Shown: positions 18,292-28,127, counted from the stretch's first letter. The stretch is 64,000 bases of DNA from Deltaproteobacteria bacterium (GCA_016219225.1 JACRBX010000048.1:11952-75951); one strand, 5' to 3'. Notes: generated by a model not told the origin, from the sequence alone. Translations and numbers: made by a program.

Positions 18292-19101
18292 TTACGGCGC
18301 CTTGGCTGTCCAGCCGCCATCAACGGTAATCATGTTGCCGGTGATGCAGCGGGCTTCGTCGGTCACCAGCCAGCGTACAGCCCGGCCGATATCCTCGGGG
18401 GAGACCTCGGGGTCTTTGATCATGTGGCCGGCAAAAAATTGTTGCTTGGCCTCTTCCCCCTCCAGTCCGAAGTAAGCGGCTATTCCTTGCATCATGGGGG
18501 TCCAGACCGTGCCGGGACAGACCACATTGCAGCGGATATTGTGATCGGCCACCTCCATGGCTATTGATTTATTGAGACCGATGATCCCGTGTTTGGCCGC
18601 ACAATAATGGCCGCCCATGCCAAAGCCGCGCTGGCCGCCCACTGAAGAAATGCTGACCACGTTGCCACTATGCTGCTCAATCATATGGGGGAGAACATAC
18701 CGGCAGCATAAAAAGGTTCCCTTCAGATGGGTGTCCAGGACCTCGTCCCAGATTTCTTCGTCCATTTCGGCTATAGCCACCATGGAGGTGTTGCCGGCAT
18801 TATTGACCAGGATGTCGATCCGGCCGAAGACCTCCATCACCTGTTCCACCATGGCTTCCACGTCGCCCCTCTGCCGGACATCACACTTGAGTCCCATGGC
18901 CCGGCGCCCCATAGCCTGGAGGCCGGCCACAGCCTCGTTCATTGATTCTTCAGTGGACATATCGTAGGGGATGGTATCCATGTTGGCACAGATGTCGGCC
19001 ACGGCGATATGGGCCCCTTCTTCGGCCAGACAGCGGGCAATCGCCAAACCGTTGCCCCTGGCTCCTCCGGTGACGATGGCCACCTTACCTTCCAGTTTCA
19101 T
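18292..19101 (-). CDS. Mycofactocin-coupled short-chain dehydrogenase/reductase (SDR subfamily)
   Basis: N-terminus KVAIVTGGARGNGLAIARCLAEEGAHIAVADIC matches the mycofactocin-associated SDR signature (TGAARGQG...DIC); immediately upstream of mftA. Confidence 0.7.
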   Translation of the reverse strand: MKLEGKVAIVTGGARGNGLAIARCLAEEGAHIAVADICANMDTIPYDMSTEESMNEAVAGLQAMGRRAMGLKCDVRQRGDVEAMVEQVMEVFGRIDILVNNAGNTSMVAIAEMDEEIWDEVLDTHLKGTFLCCRYVLPHMIEQHSGNVVSISSVGGQRGFGMGGHYCAAKHGIIGLNKSIAMEVADHNIRCNVVCPGTVWTPMMQGIAAYFGLEGEEAKQQFFAGHMIKDPEVSPEDIGRAVRWLVTDEARCITGNMITVDGGWTAKAP

Positions 19102-19161
19102 GCATTGGCTCCTTTCATTGCATTCAGCAGTTTATATCATCCAAATTCCAAATTATCCGGT

Positions 19162-19473
19162 TTAAAATTTTTGCAGCAGTTCCTGGAGCATGCGGATATC
19201 CTCGGAGGCCACACTGGCGCCATACTCAGCCACCTGAAAATCCAGCTCCTGCTGCAAGGAAGACAAAATCATCAAGGCATCCAGGTAATAGACCAGCTGC
19301 GGATTATGTTTAAAATCATCCTGATACCGTTCTAACAGGCTGTTGACCTCCAGCGCTTTCAACCGGTCGAAATAAGTCGCCTGATCGATCCGGTCCCGCA
19401 GGAAGCCGTCCATGAGATCGATGGCCTGATGGGCCGCCTTAACCACAGGTTCATGAATCGGATGGGGCATCAT
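19162..19473 (-). CDS. Hypothetical protein (103 aa)
   Basis: ORF overlapping the next gene by 4 nt. Confidence 0.4.
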   Translation of the reverse strand: MMPHPIHEPVVKAAHQAIDLMDGFLRDRIDQATYFDRLKALEVNSLLERYQDDFKHNPQLVYYLDALMILSSLQQELDFQVAEYGASVASEDIRMLQELLQKF

Positions 19474-19799
19474 ATAGGCCTTTCGGGTGAAGATTCAAGT
19501 CCATAACGGGCCAGGCTGGCCTCAGCCCTGGGGGTGATGATAAAACGGATGACGGGGCCGCTATCCGGTCGATCCACCCGCTCCCGCTCGACCAGCCCCA
19601 GGCGAAGCAGCGTCATTAACCGGTTCTTCACCCCCTGGGAGGAGATATTCAGGATCCGGCCGAAGGTATGGCAGTGAAACTCCCCAGGTTTGCGGTGGTG
19701 GCAGGTGCCGGTACAATAAGTGCCGCCTTCTTTTTTCAAAATATTCAGGATCTCGATCAAATCTGCACTTAATGGCGGCCCGGCCATGGCCATATTCAT
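19470..19799 (-). CDS. Putative Cys/His-containing winged-helix DNA-binding protein
   Basis: HTH-like segment RILNISSQGVKNRLMTLLRLGLVERE and a CTGTCHHRKPGEFHCH motif. Confidence 0.4.
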   Translation of the reverse strand: MNMAMAGPPLSADLIEILNILKKEGGTYCTGTCHHRKPGEFHCHTFGRILNISSQGVKNRLMTLLRLGLVERERVDRPDSGPVIRFIITPRAEASLARYGLESSPERPI

Positions 19800-20158
19800 C
19801 AGGTCATCCGGACTACAAACGTTTTGGTCTTATGGATCAATTGGTCCAACTCAGCGGTGAGATCTTTGGTGATCTCCAGAGACTTCGCCTCGTCACCAGC
19901 GGTCATGCTGTCCTTCAGCTCCAAGGCCTTTTCCTTCATGTCCCAGGCGGTTTCCCCGGCCTTAACGGTTTTCAGGTAGGCCATTTTAATTATTTTTTCA
20001 AGTTCAGCACTCCGTTCCCCTAATTGAGAGGTGATCAGCAAAGCGGCTTCCTGGGATAATCCCTGGGAGTTGGCTTGAATGGCCTGGAATACCTCCAGCA
20101 TTTCACGAGTCAAGGTAGGGCCTTTACCCACCACGTTCGGTCTGCTCTTTTCCGTCAT
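19799..20158 (-). CDS. Hypothetical protein (119 aa)
   Basis: ORF directly abutting the adjacent genes on the same strand. Confidence 0.4.
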   Translation of the reverse strand: MTEKSRPNVVGKGPTLTREMLEVFQAIQANSQGLSQEAALLITSQLGERSAELEKIIKMAYLKTVKAGETAWDMKEKALELKDSMTAGDEAKSLEITKDLTAELDQLIHKTKTFVVRMT

Positions 20159-20161
20159 TGA

Positions 20162-21088
20162 TTAACTGCTCCTTTCCATGGCTTCTTGATAGCCTTGTAA
20201 CTTTGGCTTATGATGATCACGACCCATTTCCCAGGGCCGCTCTGACACCACTACTTTTTCACGTGGCGGCAATTGCAAAAGCAGCCGGTCGGCAATCCCC
20301 ATCATGGCTTTGGCCGACAAAGACTCCGGATTTTTATAGACAATGGGTATACCGCTGTCGGCCGCTTCGGAATATTGTCCATCCAGAGGGATCCCCCCTA
20401 AAAAAGGGATTTCGAAAGTTTTGGCCAGCCGCTCGCCGCGGTCTTTTCCAAAAAAGTGTTCGATCCGTCCACAATCCGGACATTGGTAGTGGTTCATATT
20501 TTCAATGAGTCCCAGAATGGGCGCCTTCAATTCCCGGGCGGCATTAATGGCCTTGCTGCAGACAATGGTGGAGATCTCCTGGGGTGTGGTGACCACGATC
20601 ATGCCGTCCAGGTCCGGTATGGACTTCATGATGGTGATCGGTTCATCCCCTGTCCCCGGCGGCAGGTCCACGAATAAAAAATCCATTTCATACCACTTGA
20701 TGGAACTCAAAAACTGCCTGAGCACCCGGGCCTTATATTGTCCACGCCACATGATGGGGGTCATCTCTGTCGGCCAGATCAAGGCCACAGACATAACCTT
20801 CAACCCCTGGGCGGTTATGACCGGATCGATTCCGTGAGAGCCGTGCAGGATATCCCGCATCTCAGTCCGGATGCCGACCATCTTGGGAACGCTCGGACCA
20901 TGGACGTCGGCATCGAAAATCCCCACGACCAGATCTTTCTTGCGAACGGCGGCTGCCAGGTTGACCGTCACACTGGTCTTGCCCACGCCGCCTTTTCCGC
21001 TGATAATGGCGATTTTATAATTGACCTTGGCCATGGCATCGCGAATAGGGCCATGGTGATGATGCGGCTGGTGATCCATTGAATCCAT
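20162..21088 (-). CDS. apbC: Mrp/NBP35 (ApbC) family Fe-S cluster carrier ATPase
   Basis: Walker A IAIISGKGGVGKTSV, a CPDCG motif and an N-terminal His-rich stretch. Confidence 0.85.
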   Translation of the reverse strand: MDSMDHQPHHHHGPIRDAMAKVNYKIAIISGKGGVGKTSVTVNLAAAVRKKDLVVGIFDADVHGPSVPKMVGIRTEMRDILHGSHGIDPVITAQGLKVMSVALIWPTEMTPIMWRGQYKARVLRQFLSSIKWYEMDFLFVDLPPGTGDEPITIMKSIPDLDGMIVVTTPQEISTIVCSKAINAARELKAPILGLIENMNHYQCPDCGRIEHFFGKDRGERLAKTFEIPFLGGIPLDGQYSEAADSGIPIVYKNPESLSAKAMMGIADRLLLQLPPREKVVVSERPWEMGRDHHKPKLQGYQEAMERSS

Positions 21089-21184
21089 CAGGTTAACCTC
21101 TCCTTCGAGTGATATTTCTTAAATTCAAAACGCGCAATAGGCGCTTAAATTGCCATTCAAATAGGTTTGGCTGGTGTTTATCCG

Positions 21185-22294
21185 CTATCCTGCGGAAAAA
21201 AATTCAAAAGTCCGGCTTCCGAGTCCTGATTGCTCGGCGTAGGCCAGCAGGTGTTCGGGGGTCTGGCCGGTGATGGCCTTAATTTTATCTTCCCCCTTGT
21301 CCAGGACCTTCAGGTCCTGGGCGATGGATCCTGGTATTCCCGGACTCCGAAGGATCATCTGGGTCGTGGCCCAATCGACAGCCACGGGATCACTGGATGC
21401 GATAATGCCGAGATCCGGCACGAACGGGATATCGGAAAAAGGGAATTCATCGGGCTGGGGGGTGACGGAACTCAGAAAATTGATAAAGAAGGCCTTCCCC
21501 CGCAGTTGGCTGAGGACCGTCTGGGCCGCCTCGATGACACATTCCTGAAAGATTGGCAAGCCCTCCGGCTGGATATGAATCGCCCGGCTTGGACAGCTTA
21601 CAAAACACCCCAGACAACGGTTGCAGACCCGGGGGTCGAATGTTACCCGGCCGGGTTCACCGGCCATGGCCTTGGTGGGACAAAAGGACAGACAAATGCC
21701 GCAGTGATCACATTTTTCGGCCTCGTACTCGATTTGCAGACAGGCATGGACCTTGAGTTTTCCGGAAGCGGTCAGAAAGCCCAGTCCGAGGTTGTAAAGG
21801 GCGCCGGCAATCCCGAGCAGCGGATGGGCGGTAATGTGTGAAACAACGATCAGATTACCGGTGTCGGTTAGCAAGCTGCCGATGTCGATACCGGCTAAAT
21901 GCCGGCCATCGGCCGGCCAGAATTTACCTTCTTCGTTGGTATAGCCCCCTGATTGCAGCAATTGGTTATGAAAGGTCTCTCCGCTGCTGAACCCCTGCAG
22001 TAAAGCCCCATCAACCCAACTGTAGCCATCAAAGCGCGAGCCCTTATAAAGGCTGCAACCGTCGGTCAACAGGGGCTTGGCACCCTGGGACCGGGTTTTT
22101 TCAAACAAGGTGCTGAAGATGACCGGCGGAAGATAATGACCGTAGCCCATTTCGCTTAGATTAAACTTAATGGCCAGGCTGATCTCCGGGACCACCAGGG
22201 AGGCCAATTCTTCCAGGCTCAGCAGGGTGTCGATCTTGCTGATGAGATTTTTTTCACAGGTTTCTGATCGGCCTTTAATCCAGTAGACATTCAT
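21185..22294 (-). CDS. DUF362 domain protein with 2x[4Fe-4S] ferredoxin domain
   Basis: CDHCGICLSFCP and CNRCLGCFVSCP motifs embedded in a DUF362-like fold; 369 aa. Confidence 0.7.
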   Translation of the reverse strand: MNVYWIKGRSETCEKNLISKIDTLLSLEELASLVVPEISLAIKFNLSEMGYGHYLPPVIFSTLFEKTRSQGAKPLLTDGCSLYKGSRFDGYSWVDGALLQGFSSGETFHNQLLQSGGYTNEEGKFWPADGRHLAGIDIGSLLTDTGNLIVVSHITAHPLLGIAGALYNLGLGFLTASGKLKVHACLQIEYEAEKCDHCGICLSFCPTKAMAGEPGRVTFDPRVCNRCLGCFVSCPSRAIHIQPEGLPIFQECVIEAAQTVLSQLRGKAFFINFLSSVTPQPDEFPFSDIPFVPDLGIIASSDPVAVDWATTQMILRSPGIPGSIAQDLKVLDKGEDKIKAITGQTPEHLLAYAEQSGLGSRTFEFFSAG

Positions 22295-22304
22295 ACTAAG
22301 CCCT

Positions 22305-22375
22305 CATGCCCTTTTAAGGCACCATAAAGAATGAAAATGGTTTTCTCCGAACTCCGAACTCTTAACTCCGAACTT
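22305..22375. repeat. Intergenic repeat module copy (tcatgccc..GGCACCATAAAGAATGAAAAT) plus GAACTCC 7-mer array
   Basis: Begins 10 nt upstream of the DUF362 start codon; its reverse complement supplies GAGGG as a likely SD. Confidence 0.65.
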
Positions 22376-22467
22376 TATTGTTGTACTGAAATTTTTCTGA
22401 AAAGGGTTTCATCCCCGGGGATGCGGACAGGGTCTGAACCCCGCCCGCATCCCTTATCACCTAAAGA

Positions 22468-23826
22468 TTAGATGGTTGGGTCAAAATTTTTCCAATCCCC
22501 GAGCCACTTGTCGAGGGGTTCGCGGTTGAAGGGAAACTCCCGGGCGATGTGATGGTTCTTGAATACATGCCGCATGGGCGTAACGGTCATCGGAATCTTG
22601 CGGATCTGCCACTTGGCGATATTCTCCGGATTGAGCTCCGGTTCATATTCGATCAATTCGTAATTCATGGTCCCCATGCCGATCTTCTCGGCCGCCTTGA
22701 GCTGAATTCGAGGCGTAAAGGCGTTGACCGCTTTAAATTTGTCTTCGCCCGGTTTGAGTCCCAGTTCCTCGGCCCTGGAGTTGGGGCCGATGGGGGCCTT
22801 GTCGATCATGTCGCAGACGGCCGAATCGATGGCCACCGGGTCTTTGGAGGCGAACACCCCCACATCCGGCGCCACATAGGTGCCGTTCCAGGGGAAGCAG
22901 TCACACTCCGGGGCAATGTCGAAGGCATAGGCCATGTAACCGATCTTGCCCGGTTTAAAGGTTTTGATACAGCCCAGGGCCGCGTCCGACATGGCGATTT
23001 GGGCCAGCGGGAAATAATCATCCCGAAAACCGATACCTTCCATCCCGGTAAACATACAGGTCACCTGGCAGGAATAGCACAGGCAGCACTTGGCATAGTC
23101 GATCACCACCCCATCGGGTTTGACGGTGATGGCCTCATCCGGGCAACTGTCTTCGCACATCTTGCTGAAGGGACACTCGGTGCCCTTACAGGAAGTCCGG
23201 TTGACCTTGGGATAGCCGATGGCTTCTTCCGGATCGCCCCAAAAGGCCAGGTGCGTCTGGTACTTGCCCCGTTTGGACTGGGCCCCGATGCCGAAGTTTT
23301 TGATGCATCCGCCATAGGCGGTAATGGGATGTCCCTTGGCGTGGGCCAGGTTAATGATGGCATCCGCTTCGTAGATCCCGCGGCCGATATAGGTCTCTTT
23401 TAAGATGTTGCCTTCGGGCAGTTCCACCCGGAGGTCGTCTTCACCGAAAAAACCATCGGAGATGATGAAAGGCGCGCCCAGGCTGGCCCAGTTCAAACCA
23501 TGACGATTGGCGCCTTCCTGTTCCAACTGCCCGGTGCAGCGGTTGTTATAGAGATGATAGGTCAGCGTGGTGGTGTCGGTGACAAAGGGCCGACCGCCGC
23601 AGGCCTTCACTTCTTCCACGATGGCGGCCACAAATTCCGGTCGCAGACAGGCGGTTCGATTCCATTCGCCGCAATGAACCTTTACCGCGACGCTGTCGTC
23701 CTTTTCAATGCACTGGTCAAGGCCGGCGGCATAAAAAAGATCCTTGGCCTTGCAGATGGTGCTTTCCGTCCAGTTCGTCGCGCCGGAGGCCGCGAACCAG
23801 ACCTTGGAGGATTTATTTTTGGACAT
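22468..23826 (-). CDS. DUF362 domain protein with 4Fe-4S ferredoxin domain (paralogue)
   Basis: CKGTECPFSKMCEDSCP and CCLCYSCQVTC motifs; 452 aa. Confidence 0.7.
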   Translation of the reverse strand: MSKNKSSKVWFAASGATNWTESTICKAKDLFYAAGLDQCIEKDDSVAVKVHCGEWNRTACLRPEFVAAIVEEVKACGGRPFVTDTTTLTYHLYNNRCTGQLEQEGANRHGLNWASLGAPFIISDGFFGEDDLRVELPEGNILKETYIGRGIYEADAIINLAHAKGHPITAYGGCIKNFGIGAQSKRGKYQTHLAFWGDPEEAIGYPKVNRTSCKGTECPFSKMCEDSCPDEAITVKPDGVVIDYAKCCLCYSCQVTCMFTGMEGIGFRDDYFPLAQIAMSDAALGCIKTFKPGKIGYMAYAFDIAPECDCFPWNGTYVAPDVGVFASKDPVAIDSAVCDMIDKAPIGPNSRAEELGLKPGEDKFKAVNAFTPRIQLKAAEKIGMGTMNYELIEYEPELNPENIAKWQIRKIPMTVTPMRHVFKNHHIAREFPFNREPLDKWLGDWKNFDPTI

Positions 23827-24074
23827 TACTGATCTCCTTTCTTACTTGCAAAGTAGTGGATGGTCATATTTTCCAGATTAAAAAGTTTCCGATAGATCGA
23901 GCCGGATGGAAGGTCGTACCAACCCCCTTTCGGTGTTTTAGACTTGATAAATCGATGCCGTTCTCCGGATCCCCGGAATACCCGCTGAGGACTTCGATCG
24001 TTCGCATCGTTTCATCGGTCCGGATTTATCTCTGCAAGAAATAAGGTCAGCAGACATTATATGGCGGGGACAAA

Positions 24075-24089
24075 GCAAGTATCGTGCCT
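24075..24089 (-). promoter_or_regulatory. Sigma-54 (-24/-12) promoter candidate directed at the DUF362 gene
   Basis: Minus strand reads AGGCACG-ATAC-TTGCT, matching TGGCACG-N4-TTGCW with correct GG/GC spacing; lies between the NtrC-type regulator gene and the DUF362 gene. Confidence 0.5.
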
Positions 24090-24395
24090 GCCTGTCCCAT
24101 GGTTAAAACGAGGGACCGGCGGACATCCTGTTTTATAATTGATTTTATATAGATAAAAAATTACCCCCCTGAACCTGAGGAGGGGAGGCCGGGGCCGGTA
24201 AAGGGAAAGGAACCGGAGGGAGCCGAGAAAAAAGCCCCCGCCCGGAGGGGGAAGAACAACATCCAACTATTTGAATTTATAATTTTTTATTATTTTTTAC
24301 CCCCATGGGGTTAAATGGGACAAAAGGCCACAATACAATTTGATAAACGCTCTTCGGTTTCGCTGAAGGCTGAAAGCTGATTGCTGACCGCTCTT

Positions 24396-25730
24396 TTACG
24401 AAAATATCTTATAGGTTTTGATTTTTTTGTAGAGGGTCTTGCGGTTGATTCCCAGGACTTCGGAGGCCCTGGTCTGGTTGCCTTCTGTTTCGGCCAGAAC
24501 GTTCATGATGTGTTCTTTTTCCATATCCTCCAGGGTCTTGGGCTGACGTGAGGTATCATAATGCCTGGCCTTCACCTGGGCCGGAAAATCCTCGGCCCGG
24601 ATCATTGAGTCGGCCAATAAAGCGGCCTTGCCGATGACGGCCTTCAACTCCCGAATATTCCCAGGCCAGGGATAATCGGCCAAGACCCCCAGGGCCTCTT
24701 TGGAAATATCCATTTTCTGTCCGTCTTTAACATAATGGCCTAAAAAATATTTGGCCAGGATGGCAATATCTTCAGGCCTTTCCCGCAGCGGAGGGATCGG
24801 TATCACAAATTCGGTCATGCGGTAGAACAGATCGCTTCGCAGGTCTCCCTTGCGGATGGCTTCCTGCAGATCCAGATTGGTGGCCAGGATGATGCGGGTG
24901 TCGATGTGTTGTTCTTTCACCTCACCAATCCTCCGGAACCGGCGGGTCTCTAAAAAGCGCAGAAATTTTTTCTGCAGCTCCATGTCGATGTTGCCGATTT
25001 CATCCAGAAAAAGAGAGCCGGCGTGGCTTTTTTCCACCAGCCCCAGCTTGGCTTCGGTGGCCCCGGAGAAAGCCCCTTTACGGTGGCCGTAGAGCTCGCT
25101 TTCAGCCAGATTATGAGAAAGGAGCCCGCAATCCACCGTCACAAAAGGCCCGTCCTGGCGCAGACTTTGTTGATGGATCTGGAAGGCCAGCACGTCTTTC
25201 CCGACACCGGTTTCCCCTTGGAGCATAACGGTGTAATCGGTTTTGGCCACCCGGGCGATCAGGTCGTAGACCTTTTCCATGCCCGGGCTCGGACAAAGGA
25301 CGATAGGCGGGGTTTCCGAAGGCCTTTCCCCGGTCCATTCCGGTTTGGACAGAGATTTTTCCCGAACCTCCTGGACGGCTTTTTTGACGATGGAAAGCAA
25401 TTCATCGAGTTTGAACGGCTTGGTCAGGTAATCCCGGGCCCCTAACTTAAGGGAATCCACGGCTGTTTGAATATCTCCGTAAGCCGTGATCATGATCACT
25501 TCAGGAGCGGGATCCTTTTTTTTCAACCTCCGGAGGACTTCGATACCGTTCATTCTCGGCAGCCGGATATCCAGCAAGACCACATCAAAAGAATTTTCCT
25601 CGAATAATTTCAGCCCCTCTTCTCCGCTTCCGGCCGTGGTGACCTTGAAGCCTTCCAGGGAAAATTCATTCCTGATCAGATGCCGGATATTCGGCTCGTC
25701 ATCGATGGCCAGAATTTTTCCCTGATCCAT
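24396..25730 (-). CDS. Sigma-54-dependent response regulator (NtrC family)
   Basis: Receiver ILAIDDE...VLLDIRLP, AAA+ domain GETGVGKDVLA and GAFSGA, C-terminal HTH. Confidence 0.9.
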   Translation of the reverse strand: MDQGKILAIDDEPNIRHLIRNEFSLEGFKVTTAGSGEEGLKLFEENSFDVVLLDIRLPRMNGIEVLRRLKKKDPAPEVIMITAYGDIQTAVDSLKLGARDYLTKPFKLDELLSIVKKAVQEVREKSLSKPEWTGERPSETPPIVLCPSPGMEKVYDLIARVAKTDYTVMLQGETGVGKDVLAFQIHQQSLRQDGPFVTVDCGLLSHNLAESELYGHRKGAFSGATEAKLGLVEKSHAGSLFLDEIGNIDMELQKKFLRFLETRRFRRIGEVKEQHIDTRIILATNLDLQEAIRKGDLRSDLFYRMTEFVIPIPPLRERPEDIAILAKYFLGHYVKDGQKMDISKEALGVLADYPWPGNIRELKAVIGKAALLADSMIRAEDFPAQVKARHYDTSRQPKTLEDMEKEHIMNVLAETEGNQTRASEVLGINRKTLYKKIKTYKIFS

Positions 25731-25764
25731 GACTTAATCTCTCCTTGAAAATTTAACCAGTCTC

Positions 25765-26955
25765 TCAGGACAGGCTCGCCGGGAAACGGATGGTAAAGAC
25801 GTATCCCCTGCCTTCCTGAGCGGTATAATAGAAATCACCTTGGTGGTTTTTTATGATGTTGTAACATAATGAAAAATCGACTCCGGAGTCTATCTGCCGG
25901 CTGGGACAGGAAGGTTCATCCCCCGGTTCGGATGGTCCGGGTACCGAAAGACGCCCTGTGCTTGAAATCTGGATCTCAATGCTGTTTCCTTCGTTTCTGG
26001 CCGACAGGATGATCTCTCCGCCGTTTTCCATGGTTCTGAAGCCGTAATTCAGGAGATTTAAAAATACATGTTTCAACTGGGATTCGTTTCCCAGGACCTC
26101 TTTGAGGCCGGCAACCAGGTTATCCTTAAGGATGATTTGGATAGCGCTGTCCTTGGCATGCTGCCGAATGAGGGCCACCGTATCGTTGATGATATCGCCG
26201 ATCCCCACCACCTCGTAATCGTCGCTGGAGATTCGGCTGAATTCCTGCAGATTCCGGACGATATCATTACAGCGATAGGCTTCGTGATTGATAATTTCCA
26301 GATACTCCTTGAAATATTCCCTCGTTTTAGGGTCTCCCCATTCCGGAAGGCTGGCCAGCCGCTTGAGTAGTCCTTCCGAAAAACCGGCAATGGAAGCCAG
26401 GGGATTGTTGATCTCATGGGCGATACCGGCCGCTAAAAAGCCTACGGCGGCCAGTCGGTCGGCTTGAATCAGTTTAAATTCGGTGTTTTTTCTTTCCGTG
26501 ATGTCCCGCCGGTGGAGGAGAATTTCATTCAAGTGACCGTAGGGATTCTTGATAGGGGAAGTGGTCCATTCATAATAGCGTCCGGAAAAAACCCCCTTGG
26601 TGATGAGGACTTCCCCGTGGAAAATCTCTTCGGTCTCCAGGGTGCGCAGAGCCGGGCATTCTTTGCAGGTCCGGCTTTTTCCGTAATAGATCCGGTAACA
26701 TTTTTCACCGATGACCTTGGGAAACCGGTTCCTTTGTACCTGATTGGCAAAGACAATGTTCAGGTCCCGATCCAATATGGTCAGCCAGTCGCTCATGCTG
26801 TTGAAAATGGCTTCCAGTTGATTATGCCGTCGCGCCAGCTCGATATTCAGATCTTCCAGTTCCCGGATTTTGGAACGGACTTCCTTGAAGTAACCGATTT
26901 TGGAAAAACCGATACCCTTCAGGTCGACATGAATCGGTTTTGATTCTGGGCTCAT
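25765..26955 (-). CDS. PAS-domain sensor histidine kinase
   Basis: PAS region, then H-box AHEINNPLASIAGF and an ATPase domain. Start placed at the internal Met (MSPESKP) to avoid overlap with the ADH gene end. Confidence 0.75.
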   Translation of the reverse strand: MSPESKPIHVDLKGIGFSKIGYFKEVRSKIRELEDLNIELARRHNQLEAIFNSMSDWLTILDRDLNIVFANQVQRNRFPKVIGEKCYRIYYGKSRTCKECPALRTLETEEIFHGEVLITKGVFSGRYYEWTTSPIKNPYGHLNEILLHRRDITERKNTEFKLIQADRLAAVGFLAAGIAHEINNPLASIAGFSEGLLKRLASLPEWGDPKTREYFKEYLEIINHEAYRCNDIVRNLQEFSRISSDDYEVVGIGDIINDTVALIRQHAKDSAIQIILKDNLVAGLKEVLGNESQLKHVFLNLLNYGFRTMENGGEIILSARNEGNSIEIQISSTGRLSVPGPSEPGDEPSCPSRQIDSGVDFSLCYNIIKNHQGDFYYTAQEGRGYVFTIRFPASLS

Positions 26956-26966
26956 GGCATCCCCGT

Positions 26967-28127
26967 TTACCATACCTCTCGATAAATTTTCTCGATTTCG
27001 GCCACGGAATAGTGGTAGGGATTGGTCAGCATGCACACTTCTTCCTTGGCCATTTGAGCCAGCGTGGGAATATCTTCTTTTTTTACACCGAGTTGGGAAA
27101 GCCTGTCCGGCAGGCCGAGCTCTTCGATCAGCCGGCTGATTTTCTCCGGCACCTCTGAGGCCAGATCCTTGACGTCCATCCCCCTGGATTTTACCCCCAT
27201 GGCCCTGGCTACATTGGCGAACTTATCCTGGGCATGTTCCATATTCTGGCGGACCACGACGGGAAGCAGGATCGAATTAATCAAGCCGTGGTGCAGGTCG
27301 TACATGCCGCCCAGAGGATGAGCCAGGGCGTGCACCGCACCCAGGATGGCATTGGAAAAAGCAATTCCGGCCTCCAGGCTGGCTACGGTCATACCGCTTA
27401 AGGCGTTGAGATCCCGGGTTTGGGCGGCTCGGACCAGATTGCCGGAGGCCAGCTTAACCGCGTGAATAGAGTGGGGATCGGTCAACGGCCAGGAAAGGGA
27501 GGATACATAAGCTTCGATGGCATGGGTCAGGGCGTCCATACCGGTGCTGGCAATGAGCTCTTCGGGCAGGGTAAGCAGGAACCGGGGATCGATAATGGAA
27601 ATATCCGGCATGATGGCCCGGCTGAGAATGGTCATTTTCATGCTCCGACGGGTATCGGTAACGATGGCAAACTGGCTGACATCCGCACCGGTACCGGCCG
27701 TGGTGGGCAGACAGACCATGGGAGGAACCGGCTGGGTGATGAGGTTGCACCCTTCGTAGTCGTAAATCCGGCCGTTGTTGGAGGCCAGGATGCCGATGCC
27801 TTTGGCCGTATCAATGGGGCTGCCGCCGCCCAGGGCTACAATCACATCGCATTTTTTCTTCAGATAGAGATCGACGCCTATTTCGACCTGGAAATCCCGC
27901 GGGTTGCTTACCACGTTGTCATAAAGAACGTATTTCAAATCCTCTTTTTCAAGGTATTTGATGGTCTCATCCAGCCATCCGGCCTTTATCACCCCCGGAT
28001 CAGTGACCAGAAGAACCCGCTCACCTCCCAGGCGCCTGGCGCACTCCCCGACTACGGACAGCGATCCGGCGCCGTGGATGATCTCCGGAACTTCAAATTT
28101 AAGCAAACAGTCGTCAAGGTTGGGCAT
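26967..28127 (-). CDS. Iron-containing (type III) alcohol dehydrogenase
   Basis: GGGSPIDTAKG nucleotide loop and conserved His metal ligands (ALTHAIEAY, AVHALAHPLGG). Confidence 0.85.
   Translation of the reverse strand: MPNLDDCLLKFEVPEIIHGAGSLSVVGECARRLGGERVLLVTDPGVIKAGWLDETIKYLEKEDLKYVLYDNVVSNPRDFQVEIGVDLYLKKKCDVIVALGGGSPIDTAKGIGILASNNGRIYDYEGCNLITQPVPPMVCLPTTAGTGADVSQFAIVTDTRRSMKMTILSRAIMPDISIIDPRFLLTLPEELIASTGMDALTHAIEAYVSSLSWPLTDPHSIHAVKLASGNLVRAAQTRDLNALSGMTVASLEAGIAFSNAILGAVHALAHPLGGMYDLHHGLINSILLPVVVRQNMEHAQDKFANVARAMGVKSRGMDVKDLASEVPEKISRLIEELGLPDRLSQLGVKKEDIPTLAQMAKEEVCMLTNPYHYSVAEIEKIYREVW

Noticed and set aside
24057-24266. 69-aa ORF in the regulator/DUF362 intergenic region
   Set aside because: Purine-rich low-complexity DNA (ggaggggaggccggggcc...) overlaps the proposed sigma-54 promoter region, and there is no RBS.
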